Source: Thalia democratica
Taxonomy: Eukaryota
Direction: 5' to 3'
Assembly (NCBI GenBank): GCA_965202585.1
Contig: OZ241826.1
Coordinates: 80,166,001-80,230,000, forward strand
Length of the DNA: 64,000 bases
Position 1 is the first letter of the stretch; each line of letters starts with the position of its first letter. The position numbers and the translations under genes are program-made. The notes under the pieces are model-generated. The model was given only the letters and a program-made list of their open reading frames with translations. It did not search any database and had not been told where the DNA came from. This document shows positions 50,618 through 64,000 of this stretch, one piece after another.

Positions 50618-52497
50618 ATTCAAACACACCTATGTTTATCGTTTTTGAAATTTTAATGAGAATTTTTAAAAGTCATGTGCATTTATAAATATTTATTTTT
50701 TCATTTAATAGTTACCTAATTGTTTAAAATTTTAAGGCGTAACTCTTTTTAAACAGTTTACAAATAATTATTACCAAAAGAAAAATAAAAAATTTCATAT
50801 TTCAACGTATTGGATTACTTTATATCTTATTTAAACTGTTTATGACTTAAAAATGTCGATTTAGAAGAAAATAAGTAATTTAGTTTTTGTTATTAATATC
50901 TCTGAGCTACTAGTTTTGATGAACATGAGCTAATGAGCATTAAGATGCTGATTTTTAAAATAGCTCATCGAGTTTTTTAACAAACTAACCGAGGCAAAAT
51001 TAAAGAAAAAAATAGATTAAAAAAATGGTAAAGTGGACATTAAGTATTTAATTTACTACCGCGTTTCGGTGAAAAAATTTTTTGTAAGCAATTGCTCAAT
51101 AATAAAAGTCAGAGAAAGTATAATTTGAACACAATGATCAACAACACATTATGATATTAATACTGGTTGTAAATTTGCTTTTCGACGTAAACGAAGGTAT
51201 GAAATTTTATTTGTTTTTGTAAAAACTTTCACTACGTATTTTTGGTTAAAAAACATTTGATTTTGTTTGATGTTTCTATATAATAAATACATACGTTAAC
51301 TGATAGTTGATTTATATTTATTTGAAAAAAAATTTAATTTAAATATAGTTAATATTTTGAAGTAGACATGTCTTTCACAAATACTAAAAGACAGTTAAGA
51401 TTTTCAGTTAATAAAACGCTAAATTAATTTAAAAATGCTTTATGCAATATAAAAAACTGTTAAGTAATCAAAAACACTGCAACATATAATGTATTGTCAA
51501 CTAACTTGCCTTTATTTACAAGTCGATAAACGTTTATTTTTGTACTGCATTCAAACACACCTAGGGGTATTTCTTTTGTATTATTTTATTGGGGATTGTT
51601 TAAAATCATTTATTTTTTGAAACTACTTCTAGCATTTTATTTAAAATTTACTTAACGCTTTAAACTCTTCAGTTGTAATCCGTGGTGACAAATATAATTT
51701 TAAGGGGTGCAGAAAATTTACAAATTAAAAAAAAATGAATTTGATTTATTTTATTTTAGTAAGATAAAAGTACTACACTTACGGCTAATATTTTGTAAAA
51801 AAAAGTTTATTTAAAATGCAATAGCTTTATAAGTTATATAATATTACAATGAGCGTTTGAATTTTAAGAGGAGCAGAACATCAATTATCTACCCCATGCA
51901 ACACAAAGGTTATGTGAGTATTTAAAAAAAACAAACGCTCTTATATTTTGACAAGTAAAAAGTTATCACGTTTGCAAAGGACTTGCTTTATTCAAGTGAC
52001 ACACATTTTTTTGAGTTACAAACTATTATATTGCGTCAGTTTAATGAAGCAAATACTGTGGATATTTGTGTTATTCTCGTATATTACAACGAACTTGTTC
52101 GTTAGCAAACTATTAGCAAGTAATTTTGAACATAAAGTATGTATTTATTTAACAAATACGCTACGGAAGACACAATGGTTTTTTATTTCATCTTTGAAAA
52201 GTCAGTTTTACAATTTTGTAATTTATTTCCAAGTATAACGAATAGTTCTTTCAATACAAAATAAAAGCATCATTAGCTTAAATAAGAACACACTTATTAT
52301 TTCATTTAGATAAAACTTTAAAAAAACTTAAGTCTAAAAGAAGATGAACTTCTTTTGTTGAACTGAGCTAACAAACATTAAAATGTTTTTAAAAGTAATA
52401 AACTCTCTTTTTAAAAAATAAACATACTCAAGCACAGTATTTTTCATGTTCATTCCTAAACAAAACATACTTATAATAATACAAATCTATTAAACTT

Positions 52498-53960
52498 TAG
52501 TAAAGCACTGAATTTATTTCATCATCTTTTAAGAGTTCATTGATGTTCATTGCTTAAAAGAATTGCATACCTAAAAAATTAAATAGTTTTGAGTTTTTAG
52601 TTTAGTACAAACTAAAATTTTGTTTATAATCACATTCATGTCAAATTATCATTTGAAAGCTAATATTTAGTAGTAGCTAATGTAACCTTTGAGTTATTAG
52701 GTAGTTTTAATTAAAGTTAAATTGTAATTTTTTTTTTCTACAATGCTTCTAAACTAATAAAATAAGCTTTATTTTAACGCTCTTTTTTGTTCTATAGATT
52801 ATCTGATAATAAATTTATTTCCCTAAAAATATAAATATATAGATAGAACTAATTGCTTTTATAGCTAGTATACACAAAAAAAACAATTTTAAAGCAAGTT
52901 AATCATTCTGTTGTATAAAACTTAAACTTCGCTAATTTTATAGTAAGAGATGAAGCTTGTATACTTATCTGTAAATAAATTTTTGTAAAAAGTTGAACAT
53001 TGTATTTTTTACTTGTAATTAGAATAGTAGTAGTTTGTTCTTTGTTGCTGCTTTAAAACTCAAACTTAATTTAATTTTGTTTTTAAAATTTTAAACTAAA
53101 TTTTTCAAAAACAGTTAAGTAAACTTTACAAATTCAAAGGCTTATTTTACCTACAGTTAAACGAGAGATTTTTTATCAAAATAAAATAGAAAAAAACTTT
53201 TACTTTTTAAAATAGTTTCACCTCTGTTTATTATAGTCAGCGATTCGGTTACAATTGCATCTCCACTTATTTTTGCAGAGTTCATAAACAAATTCTTTAC
53301 GTTAGTTTTCTTTGGAAACTTCTTCCAAATATCTTTATCACCTATAAAATTATTTATGTTAAGTATTTAGATCATTAATGTATTTAAACTTCATTTTTAA
53401 GTTAAATGAAAAAGTTTTAAACAGTAAATCATAAGTTAAAAAAAATAACAAATATTTCAAAAACTATTTATTTCATTTATAACAAGCTTATTCTTACAAT
53501 TGTTAAAAATTTTTGCGTTTTTTACTGTTCCCCCATTCATTTTCAAACTGCCGATTAAACATTCTTTTGTTGCTGTGAACTTTTCCACTTCACTCATGTT
53601 TGCTAAAAAATAACTAGTAATCAGTTTCGAAGTAAAATAGAATAAATATTTTGATCATCATAAATAGAGAAATAAAAGAAAAAATGTTTTACAAAACTAA
53701 GCGTGTTTAAACTCGTGTAAGTACAATAAATACAGATAAAGTAATAAAAACTCTTTTTCAAACCATTGAAAAATTATAAGTGAGCATAAAAATCAAACAT
53801 ACAAAAAAACTTTATTGAACTAGCTTATACAATTATGACTTACGCGTTCTAGTGCTTTCAATAATAACATTTTAAACATAAGCACCACTGTCTATAAGTG
53901 ATGTATTTACTCTTGCAACCTCAACTTCAATAGTTTTTCCGTTTGATAGCATTTCTTTAA
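52498..53960 (-). pseudogene. Degraded multi-exon gene of unknown family (possible eroded signal-peptide exon at ~54230-54370)
   Basis: Minus-strand phase-1 exons 53960-53844, 53602-53498 and 53341-53222 have AG/GT ends and splice in frame: KEMLSNGKTIEVEVARVNTSLIDSGAYV*NVIIESTRTPNMSEVEKFTATKECLIGSLKMNGGTVKNAKIFNNCDKDIWKKFPKKTNVKNLFMNSAKISGDAIVTESLTIINR. There is one internal TAA. A further phase-1 exon near 52570-52498 (MQFF*AMNINELLKDDEINSVLY*) also carries a TAA. Confidence 0.5.
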
Positions 53961-55929
53961 CTTTTAAAGTTTTTTATTACAAAAGTTTTTATTACAAAAG
54001 TTTTTACTAATAAAGTTTTTATTCAAAGTATGTTTACATATACATACTGCTTAAAACTTAAAACATAAATAAAATTCAATATGAAAACTGAATGTTCAAA
54101 CTTTTACAAACTGTTATTCTGCTAACTTGCTACACAATACAATGCTGCATTGCTTCTAAAGTCATTCGCTTTTATACGCTGCAGACAAATATTTATTTTA
54201 ATCGTACTTACTTTAATTATGTTTTTATTTCTCATGGTACTTTTTTGAGGGGATTTTGAATGGTAAATGCATTTGCAAAAAAACAATAACTGTTAGCCTG
54301 TTACTATAACTAATTGTTTATATAGTTCAAGTTCACTAAAGTTTAAAGTGTTTCTGTGGTACATTTTTTAGGGAACTTATTGCGAGAAATTTAGTTTTTA
54401 ACATTTCAAAAATGCTATTATACCTCGCTATAATTATTTATTACTTTAAGGGTAAATTTTAAGAGACTTTTTTAAAGAACATTTGAAAAAAGTACAATTC
54501 TAAATACCTTATCAAAGGTATGTTTTTTAATAAGCACACTATTTTAAAGCATATTACTAATACAGAGATTAAGTGGTTACTTTTCTTTCAAAATCACAAA
54601 TAAGTTAACTACATAAATAACAACATAAGTTGATTTTTAAACTTCAAAAAGAACAAATTTTGAAATTTTTCGAATGTAACCAGTTGTGACGAGAGATAAT
54701 TTTTTTAGATACTGCAGAAAGTTTACAAATATTCTAAAATCCCTTTACTTTAAGTTTTTTAAACTATTTTATCACGACAAAAATACTACAATTACAGCTA
54801 GTTGCTTATAAACAAAGTTATATCTAAAAAATACTTGTTTTCAAGTTTTATAATATTACAATATTTTTTTTTAATTTTTATGTGAACCTCTGGTCCAACA
54901 ATAAAGCCGACGCAACGCTTCTTTACAACAATATAATAAAAAAACACTCTCTTTTATTTATATAACTGAAAAGTTATCACATTTGCACGGTACTTGCTTT
55001 CTTCAACTGAGACACGTTTAAAAATAAATGCTTCAGTTAAATAAAGCGACTAATGTGCAAATTTCTGTTATTGTTGTACAGTTTAATTGTTTAATTGCAA
55101 AGCGTCACTATTGCACGGCGTTATATTTTCACGGATCTAAAAAAATTTTAAATAATCAGTCAATTTTAAACGGAACTTCAATTTTGCACGCTTATAATTT
55201 TTATTTTCTCAAATAGAAATTTAAATATACTTTTTTTTTTGTCAACTTAAATAATATTCGCTTTCAAACAAGAGTTGTTTTGAATGAATAAAATGTGGTA
55301 ATTTTTTGATGAAATTTAAATGTAAAGTTTTTATAAGTTCATTTTACAAACTAAGTTTTGGTCAAAGACTTCGTAAGTGCTTAAATAAAGTTCCTAAATA
55401 AAAGTTTCTTTTTGAAGTTTTACGTAGAACAATATTTTAAAGTACCTTAATCCATTAAATCATATTTATAATCTTAATTTAAATAAACTGAATGACTTCA
55501 CATTTTCTAATTAAAAAAAAACTGTTTCGAATACTTTAAATAAAAATAATCTCAATCTCGTTAATTTTTAAATAGGAAGATAAACTTAATTTAGTAAGGC
55601 TTTAAAACACAAATATCAAGTACTATTTTTTACTTATATTCTCTTGATGTTATAGTTAGCATTGAATAGTTGTTTATAAAATATTTTAAGTTTATTTTAA
55701 TTTCAAACAATTGTTAAATTATAAAACAAAAAAGATTTAGTTAATTTATGTAATGTCAAGGTATTTCAAGTTTTACTTGATGTTTATTTATTTATTTTTA
55801 ATTTAGCGTGAGAATAAAAAGAGCAATAAAATAGCGCATTTTTCATAATTTAAACCTGGATTATTTCTTTATTATAATGTTCCATGATAAGCCAATGAGA
55901 GAGTAAAATTGGGAAGTTTGAACTTATGT

Positions 55930-56100
55930 TCAAAAAAATATACAATATTAGTCTTCAATCGCTGCAATATTTCAATAATGAGGCTTGGCAGAATTCTTTT
56001 GTTTATCGGTCAGTTAAAATATGTAACAAATTACCAAATGAATTAGTTTCTTGCAAACATTTTAAGTTATTTCGATTAAAGTTAAAAAAGTTTTATCTGA
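55930..56100 (+). mobile_element. 3' remnant of a non-LTR retrotransposon (CR1/L2-like ORF2 C-terminus)
   Basis: The translation NSFVYRSVKICNKLPNELVSCKHFKLFRLKLKKF follows the CR1/L2 ORF2 tail pattern 'NSF..R.V..WN.LP..VV....L..FK..L'. Confidence 0.6.
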
Positions 56101-56879
56101 AATATATTTGTGCTAGTAAAACTAATAAGTAATATATATCAACCGTTAATTTAATTTAAACATTTAGCTTAGTTTATAGTTCAATTTTATTAGCTGCATA
56201 TTTACTTTATTAATAATGAGGGATTTTCCAATGTGTTTAATGATTATTTATCTGACCATTCTATTGTTAATGTCCTTGCAGCGTTAGGTTTTTATTTTTG
56301 TTATTAGTCAATGCAGTAAAATATTTTATGCTAATCGTTCTACATAAAAGCATAAATAAGTTTATAAGTATGTGGTTAAAGTTTTACTTTTTATGTAACC
56401 TATAAATTTTATATCAAATTATGATTTTATCTTTGTTTTAATATATAAACTATTTGTTTTTATTTCTTTTTTTTTTCTTTTTTGTGTCTTTCAGTGTAAG
56501 TGGTCTTGGTTTTTATGTCTAGGTTCATCATATGGACAATAAACTTGTAACTGTATAGTAAAATATATAGAAAGACATAGCTGTTGATTAATTTATTAAA
56601 GTTCAAAATAAACTAGAACAATTTACTTACACTTAAAGTATTTTTTATCCTAGTTTCTAAATAAGTTAAATTTTTTGTACCTGGTATGAATCTTTTGTAA
56701 ATAATTTTGTTTTACTTTTGGATTAGTTTGTTTCAAACATTAACTTTTACTGTTTAAGATTTTAAATCTTTCATTATTTACCTTTAATATAAGTATGTTA
56801 TAAAATTTTAGTTTTCAGTTTTTTTCAATGGTACAGATTTAGTACTAGCTAAAAATGTTTTATTAAAATGCAAAATTGA

Positions 56880-57121
56880 TGTTCCATGCAAAAACGTCAT
56901 CGTGCGAATATGTCGCTGTGCAAAAATTTCATCGTAAAAATGTGTCGTTGTGCGAAAATATCGTTGTGCAACAATGCTGCCGTAAAAATAATTGTCATCG
57001 TGAAAAATACTGCCGTGCAGAAGTGTCTCCTCATTCGAAAATGAAGCCGTGCGAAAGTTACCCTGCGTGCAAAAGTGACGCCGTGCAAAAGTGTCCCCTT
57101 GTGCAAAAGTGACACCTACCC
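56880..57121. mobile_element. Truncated MITE-like element made of degenerate ~16-bp tandem units (CGTGCAAAAGTGTC-like)
   Basis: Array of (C)GTGC(A/G)AAA(A/G)TG(T/A)C units ending GTGCAAAAGTGACACCTACCC. It explains the three overlapping repetitive ORFs at 56808-57134. Confidence 0.7.
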
Positions 57122-59085
57122 GTACAGTGTACATTCTGATGATCTTGTTTAGTTAGGATTTTATTTATCAAACTGTCTACAAGTGATTTATCAACACAGA
57201 ACATATATTAACTTTACAAGAAAGAAACGGAAGAAAGTTATTTTTGAAGTAACTAAACTAGTTAAAAATCGCTATATGTAACTATAGTATTGTATAAATA
57301 ACTATTAAGTATAAAAATTTCAAGTATCTTTAAATGCCCTCTAAACAAATGTACTCTTATTTACAAGTCGGCAAACGTTTATTATTTTTTTTGCATTCAA
57401 ACACACCTGTTTTTATTTTAGTGGTAATGTTTTATTGAAATTTTGTAATGTAATGTGGTTGTTGAAACTAATTTTAACTTTTTATTCAAAAGTTACCTAG
57501 TTCTTAAAACTTTCAGTTGTAACCAATGGCGAAGAGTTTTACTTTTGTTTATGGGTTTAGAACATTTACAAGTACTTAAAAAAACCTAAATCTGATAAAA
57601 ATACTACATATACAGCTAAAGATTTATAAGTGTTATCAATTTAAAAATTACTTGATATTTAATAACTTTTTTAATTTTTTTTATGTAAACAACTGCTCTA
57701 ATGCTACACCCAACGCAATGCAAAGGTTGTAAAGTAATTTCTAGCAATAAAAAACAAACAGTCTTATATTTTGACAAGTGACAAGTTTACTGACCATAAT
57801 AATAACAATTCGCACAATTCTTGCTTTATTCAAATGATGCACATTTCTTAAACAATTATTTATAGTGCGTCAGTTGATTAAAACATGTTATGTGGAAATT
57901 ATTGTTATTATCTTGTATTGAAGCTAACTTGTTTCGTTAGAACTTCTATAAGCAAACTATTAAAAAGCAAATTTTGAAAATACAGTATATGTTATTTACA
58001 ACTACGCTAGGGCAGTTATTTTTTGCTTTTAAAATTGCTTTTTATTTCAGTTATTGATGCTAGTATTAAAACTAGCATGCAAAAAGTTATTTTCCTGTGC
58101 AAAAAACTATAATTTAAACAAATAAAAAAACATGTTATCTGCTTTTATTTTTTTTTTGAGCTGTATTTTTCTGAATAAACTTTTGAAGCATTTTTGAATT
58201 AAAATAATTTAAGTTGATCTTTGTATTAACGTACTTACTTCAATATAACACTTTAACTAGAAATTTATTAAAAATAAAAAAAAAAAATACAAAGAAATAT
58301 AAAATATAAAAAAAAACTTTTAAAAGCTTAATATCTAATTTCATTTAACAAAAATGTTAAGTTTTATTGCAGTAAAATTGCTTGGGTTATAAGGTTACTG
58401 AGATGGATGATTTTAAACAAAGCGAAAATATATCCATTTACTATAAGTGTTTAAATCATTTATTTTTTTCGTATTAAAACGATAAACATTTTATTTTGTT
58501 ATACACGTTTTAAAAAGCCAAAGAGATTACAGCAAAAGGTTAAAAACATATTAGCTCATTAGTAATTACAGACGCTGCAGTTATTTGTAAAAAGCGATTA
58601 CTCATATATTTGTCATAAATTAGAGCGATGACTGGGCGTTTACTGCTACGTCATTACTTTATACAGCAATTAGTTTTTTTCTAATGTTAATAAAAAAAAT
58701 TTGTAACTAAAACTTTTTTTGAACTCAGAATAACTTAAAAATGCTATGCTTACAATTTCACTTCTAAATATTATCAACTGATAAATTTTAAAATTTATAA
58801 AACATAATCAGTTGAAAAAAAAAACTGAAGTTTTGAATTAAAACAACAAAAAGCTTTATTTCAATTGCTTGAAAACATAGAAATATGTATGCGATAATCT
58901 AAAAAGTTTTTCAAAAGTAAAAAAAAAATAAAGAAAAAACTTAAGAGTTTAGAAAAAGTACTAAAATCAAATACTGAACGATATGTGTATTGCATATGAC
59001 AGTTTATAAAAACTTTACAATGTGTATTAAACAATTATAAAAGTTTAAGACGAAATTTATTCTTTAGTTTGACTATTTTAACATT

Positions 59086-60926
59086 CTACTTTTTCAAAAA
59101 CTGGCAAATGAAAAACGAGGTGAAACTATCGTCCCTGTTTTCAACTGAACCCCTCTCATTGACCACAATGTGCTTTTTGTAATCTCCGGTGAACATCACT
59201 CCCTTCATTTTTGAAATATCCCCAACCACTTTCCCGTCCTCAGTGGTCAGTTTTCGATTTTCTATTTTCATACCCGTCCAGACCAGACCAGAAACATTTT
59301 CCCAAATGTCCCCCAGGAACTTTCTGTAAATAACGCATTATTAGCTTTTTCCTGTGAGTATCAAAAAACTAGGTTATATCTTCCGAGCTCAATTTGATAA
59401 TTTAGAAATCTCGCCCCTTTGTTAGAAACTGCCCTTTACTATTTTATTCCATACTTACTTATTCAATCCATTAATAGTTAGTTATTGCCCCAATATAACG
59501 AAAATCACCCGAAATATCGTCCAATTTGGAGAAACTTTAGATTAGTTTAATGTATAAAACATGTCTTCAATACTTTTTTTGTAAATTATAAATTTAAGTA
59601 TCAAGAAGGCGCAAAATTTTGAACTAAGTACTAGATATTTTTAAGGTACTTCACATGTGCTTATTTTTTAAAACTTGAAAACTACTAATTATAGCTTAAA
59701 ATTTTGTCAGTTGTTTTAAAAGAATTAAATATGTTGGTTTTTTTTAATTACTTTTTGTCGTATATCAACCTTATAAGAAAATCTTGCATTTAATTAAAAA
59801 CTATCTTGTTTTTTGATATAAAAAACTTCAACTTGTGTTGCTTGACTCAAAAAAAGAAGAATGAAAAGAAATACAAAGGTGAAATAAAAATTTAATGATT
59901 ATTCAAACTAACAATCTTGAGCTTTTGTCCTTCCAGTCTTCAAAATTAGTGGACATGGCAAGGAATCCTTCGTACTCACTTTTACAGTGTGCTCTCGCAT
60001 CTGCGAAATTCTTATACTCTTGTACAATTTTGAAAGTGTAGACTGGCCCTGAATGATATTGCAAATATTGCTGTTTGCGTTCAAGAAACTCTATTTTTAC
60101 ATGTTATAGTTTCAAATCTTTACAAACGTTTGTTTTGTTTAAGAAAATTATAAATATTTGTCTTAACTAAAAAACATTGCTCAATATACTGGATTTTAAA
60201 GAGTTTATTTAAATAGTAATATCAGTGCAAGTTTAAGTATTTTAATCACTACCAGGTTCGGTGGCAAAAGAAAAAGTTACGACCTTGTCAAGTATAATAA
60301 AGTAGTTAACTGCACTTAATCTGGTGCTTAATTAAAGTAACCTAACTTAAGTGCGTAACTTCGGACTGAAATTAAAATTAAAAAATATTAAAAAAATACC
60401 TCTGATTCAATTAGCTTCGGGTTAAAAATACAACTTTCGACCACAGATATTACTTAGTAAATTCAAATGACATAGTTCAAAATTTGGTATTTTTTATTGT
60501 TTTCACTAATTAAACATTTTGCTATACCATTTTAAAAATTTAAATTACTTTTTAGATATAACTAATTGAAACATGAATGTTTTTAGATTTTTTTGTTTTA
60601 GTTTCATTAATTTATTTATCTATTATACTTTCTAGTAAAGTTTTTGTTTTTTAACTTCTTTCTAATAAATTTCAATTTTTTCATTGTCATTTAACTTTTA
60701 ATTAAAAAAAGATATAGTTTTCTGTTTTAAAACTTACATTGTCTTCAACTTAAACAAAAAGTTAAAAAACTGGCTAAAGTATATAAACAAAATCATACAA
60801 ACCAGGTGCAACAGTTTGACCGCGTGAAACTCCAAAAGTAAGAGCCAGGCTTAAAACCAACGCTAGTATGCAAAAAACAGAAAACACAATAAAGGCTACA
60901 AAGTGCTTTTCACACATTTTCACCAT
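59086..60926 (-). CDS. Atypical C-type lectin-like domain protein with N-terminal hydrophobic signal/anchor, 165 aa, 3 exons
   Basis: Minus-strand exons 60926-60803, 60048-59913 and 59323-59086 (phases 1, 2; 498 nt total, open frame). Translation: MVKMCEKHFVAFIVFSVFCILALVLSLALTFGVSRGQTVAPG-PVYTFKIVQEYKNFADARAHCKSEYEGFLAMSTNFEDWKDKSSRLKFLGDIWENVSGLVWTGMKIEN...DDSFTSFFICQFLKK*. It shows CTLD hallmarks: 'K.F.DAR.HC...G.LA' helix 1, 'VWTG' (WIGL-like) and terminal 'FIC'. Confidence 0.82.
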
Positions 60927-63900
60927 TTCTTTTATTGAGTTTATGACTTTTTTCCTAAAAAAATGAAGTAGATTAGGCTTTGTTGACTGTGCTAAGAAAT
61001 AAAAAAACAGTACCTAAAAAATCAACCAACCAAAAAGTTAGTTAAAAATAAAATTTTGAAAATTTTGAAAGAACTTAAAATCAAAGTTAAAAAATTAAAT
61101 TTAAAAAAGCTTATTTTTCCTGCAAAACTAATATTTTAATGCGAGGTAAATCATTTAAGACTAACTTATTTTGTATATGCTGTAAAAAAAATACGTCACA
61201 AAATGACAAATACACGTGTTAAAGAAAAGTTTAGTAATACCTTATTGTTGTTTGAGAATATTTCATTTTAAAATAAAATAAAAACTATTTTTTTTTTATT
61301 TTAATAATAAATATCAAAAATACTGAAACAATGTCAAGTTACAAATAAAATTATATCAATTTATTGTCTATCTTTTATTGCGTAACGCCGTTTACCTGCA
61401 GAGCATTTCATCAAACGCTATGAAAAGCTTAAAAAAAAAAACAATGTGATGAATTAGAAAATAAAAACACACATAAAAATAAAGTTTAATGTAAAATATG
61501 AATTACCATTAACATGTTGTTTATAAACAAATTTATAATTAAAATTTAGTATAGGCAAATTTAATTTTAGTAAACTTTTAACTGTACTTTATCGAAATCA
61601 ATTATAGTAGAAATAATTGTATAACTAATATACTAAGGTAGATCTTTTAAACGTTTTTGTAAAGCAATATCTTTTAAAAAATACATCAACGTTTAATATT
61701 AGAATATTAATGTTGTGTAAGACGAAATAAAAAGTAAACATGCATTAGAAAATTATTTGTTTATAAGATTTAAGATTATTTTCTTTATTTATATTTAACA
61801 TTTTGAAATAAAACTAATAGAAATCAAAAAGGCCGATTTATTTTGTTTACTTTTGACAAAGTTATCAAAAACGTTGACACATGCATGAGTAATAGTAATT
61901 AATTGCCATTTGTTTGTTTTTTAGGTATTTTACGTACAACATAGAAATTATTATTAATGTTTTTAAATAAATTTTATTCTTCAACAAACTGATTAAAAAT
62001 AATACAAACCGTAAACATAAAAGTTTTATGCTATTCTTAAAAAGCACTAAACTCTTTCAATGAAATAAAACTTATTTATTCTTTTTTTGATTGATATAAA
62101 TTTGGTATGTCCAATAAATTTAATGTGTTATATTTGTATGATTGAGTTTTTAGCACAAATTCTTTTAAATTGTTTCCCCAAAACTAACAAAGTATCAAGT
62201 ACAAACATTTAATTAAAAATATGGTAAATTTCTTAAATTTTCTAACTTATATATATACCGTTTAAATGTACTTAGTCCTTATACTATTGGAGCTAACTTG
62301 TTAAATTGTTCTGTTAGTTTTAATCTTTTTTAATTAAAGCGTAAATTTTTAACTCCAAAGATTTTTGCTTAAATTTAATAACCAAAATTAGTTGTTTTGC
62401 TCATTAAAGATTTAAACACAAAATCTACATATTGTGCATTATCATGCATTTCTTATAACAATTTGTTATCTAGATTTACTTGTTTAAAAACATAAACTCT
62501 AAAGTACTTACTTGTATTCAACACATACATTTTTGTTTCAGAATAGCTCAATGCATTTGCATAAGTTATGAACTCAAATTAGAAGTAAAGGAAAATTTGT
62601 ATTACCTTTAGTTGCAATTATTTTTTAATTAAAATATAGACATGACTAAAGTGTAACAAAAAAATATTTAAAGTGTTGTTACTTTAAAAAATGTACAATT
62701 GAAGAAAACCCAAGGATAAAGTTTTGAAATAAATACATTCTTAATTGTTTAGTAATTTTGTTTAGTTTTAAGTGATAACTTCAAAAGGGGGTTGGAAAAC
62801 AGCGGTCAAAAAGTAATTTGTTTGGTCAAGGTTTCAGTGATACTTTTTAGCTTGAAGCAGAAGTAACAAATTTAAGAAATTACAATAAAAAGTATGCTCT
62901 CTTTCTCTAAAAAATAATTCAATAGGTTTTACAGAAATGTTCTGTTCAAGTGTTATGTAATTCTAATGCCTAGTCTGTTTTAACATTCTTTTATAAATTT
63001 GTAAGTTTTTTTTGGGTTCAAATTTTTTTTTGCTTTAATTCATTATTTCTACCGACGCATAAAACTTCTTTTACCTTTTAAAAAAACCATGTAATGTTTT
63101 ATAATTTTATTGGTTCAAGACAATTATACTTCAGAAAATAAAATGGACTTTATTTTTATTTAACTCCTATGTTTTTCAATTTCAGTTGGCTTATAACCAA
63201 CACTACAATTTGCTTGTAACATTTTTTTTGTTCTACAAAAGTATTTTACTATCAATGTCCATACTAAATTTGTAAAAATATTCCAAGTTTAACTGAGTTT
63301 GTCACAATCCTTTTTAGCACAGTCAAAACCTTTTTAAATTATATGTAAAAATATTAAGTAAAGCATTTGTGTTGTTAAACAAATCTAAACTGTGATAACT
63401 TACTTTTATATACCAACAAAAATAATGGATTTTTTTAACTTTTTTAAAGTGGTCATTCAAGCTAAATAGTAACAAATTATTGTTTAATTTAAATATAAAG
63501 AGACCTAACTCATATAAGTAGAGATTTTGAACTTATTTTTTGGTTTTTAGTTTTCTAAAACTATCTTCATACTTCTCATATTGTATGCATTTAAGCGCTC
63601 TGTTAAAAAGAAGATTTTTACCATTTTGAATTTTTACTTTCTCTTCCGAGCAAAACAAACCATATATAATGTTGCTCATAACAAAGAATTAAAGATTAAA
63701 TAAAGTGTTTTTTTTTACTTAATTAAATATTTTTTATCCTAGTTAGTACTTTGATAAGATTTTTAAGTGAAAAACTATTGAGTTTATTTAAAAGACTTTT
63801 TATTTAGTTAACGTTATCATTTAAAGAGTTAATTATTTACGTCTCCAAAAATATAAATATCATTTTATTAATGTTTGAAATAAAAAAATCTTAAAATTTT

Positions 63901-64000
63901 GTTTAAAGCTCATTTATAGAATTTCCTGGGTGTATGTATATTAACCCTTCTTAAATTTTTCAACTGTTACTATGTTTATTTTCACAGATATTTCTAGGCA

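Larger units (their letters stand above)
51500..58020. repeat. Dispersed ~0.4-0.7-kb unit in at least four diverged copies (48830-50750 interrupted by the hAT, 51500-52200, 54640-55030, 57345-58020)
   Basis: Shared CATTCAAACACACCT, (C)AGTTGTAA(T/C)C, AAAA(G/A)TACTACA, CTTATATTTTGACAAGT, CTTGCTTTATTCAA, TGCGTCAGTT and GCAAACTATTA motifs recur in the same order; the 48830 and 54640 copies are partial. Confidence 0.7.

Noticed and set aside
53222-53341. DIWKK...AKISG exon as a second C-type lectin
   Set aside because: Once spliced to its upstream exons, the peptide lacks the helix-1 cysteine pattern and WxG motif; the resemblance is superficial.
52498-53960. TAA read-through or an alternative genetic code
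   Set aside because: TAA is used as the normal stop in both SAND-SAM paralogues; AT-biased decay explains TAA-only lesions.
56808-57134. Three overlapping ORFs of 72-108 aa with repetitive Cys/His/Arg content
   Set aside because: They are translations of a degenerate 16-bp tandem-repeat MITE on both strands, with no splice or domain support.

Overview
AT-rich metazoan (invertebrate) genomic DNA with spliceosomal GT-AG introns. The species cannot be fixed from the sequence. There are no bacterial features, CRISPR arrays or recognisable RNA genes. All gene models were assembled by hand from splice signals and reading-frame phase. Protein-coding content: (1) two tandem paralogues, about 26.1 kb apart, of a SAND + SAM domain protein; the 3' five exons of one copy lie at 563-2152 and a complete 11-coding-exon, 564-aa copy lies at 23075-28287; (2) a two-exon 148-aa orphan ORF at 18931-20814; (3) a three-exon minus-strand atypical C-type lectin-domain gene at 59086-60926 that the ORF track mostly misses; (4) a multi-exon minus-strand pseudogene at about 52.5-54 kb. 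The most striking feature is non-coding. The region upstream of the SAND-SAM gene, a cassette containing ETS, RFX X-box, paired-homeodomain P3, CRE and CCAAT motifs plus the 5'UTR exon, has been copied several times in both orientations between 4 and 46 kb. The extra copies lack the coding exons but keep the motif cores, including a 44-nt perfect match between copies 31 kb apart. About 15 X-box or X-box-like palindromes lie in 4-46 kb and I saw none beyond 46.2 kb. Mobile DNA: a 1.76-kb hAT element with an 8-bp TSD and a second internal left end, an older hAT with a frameshifted transposase remnant and a nested fold-back, LINE remnants and MITE-like repeats.
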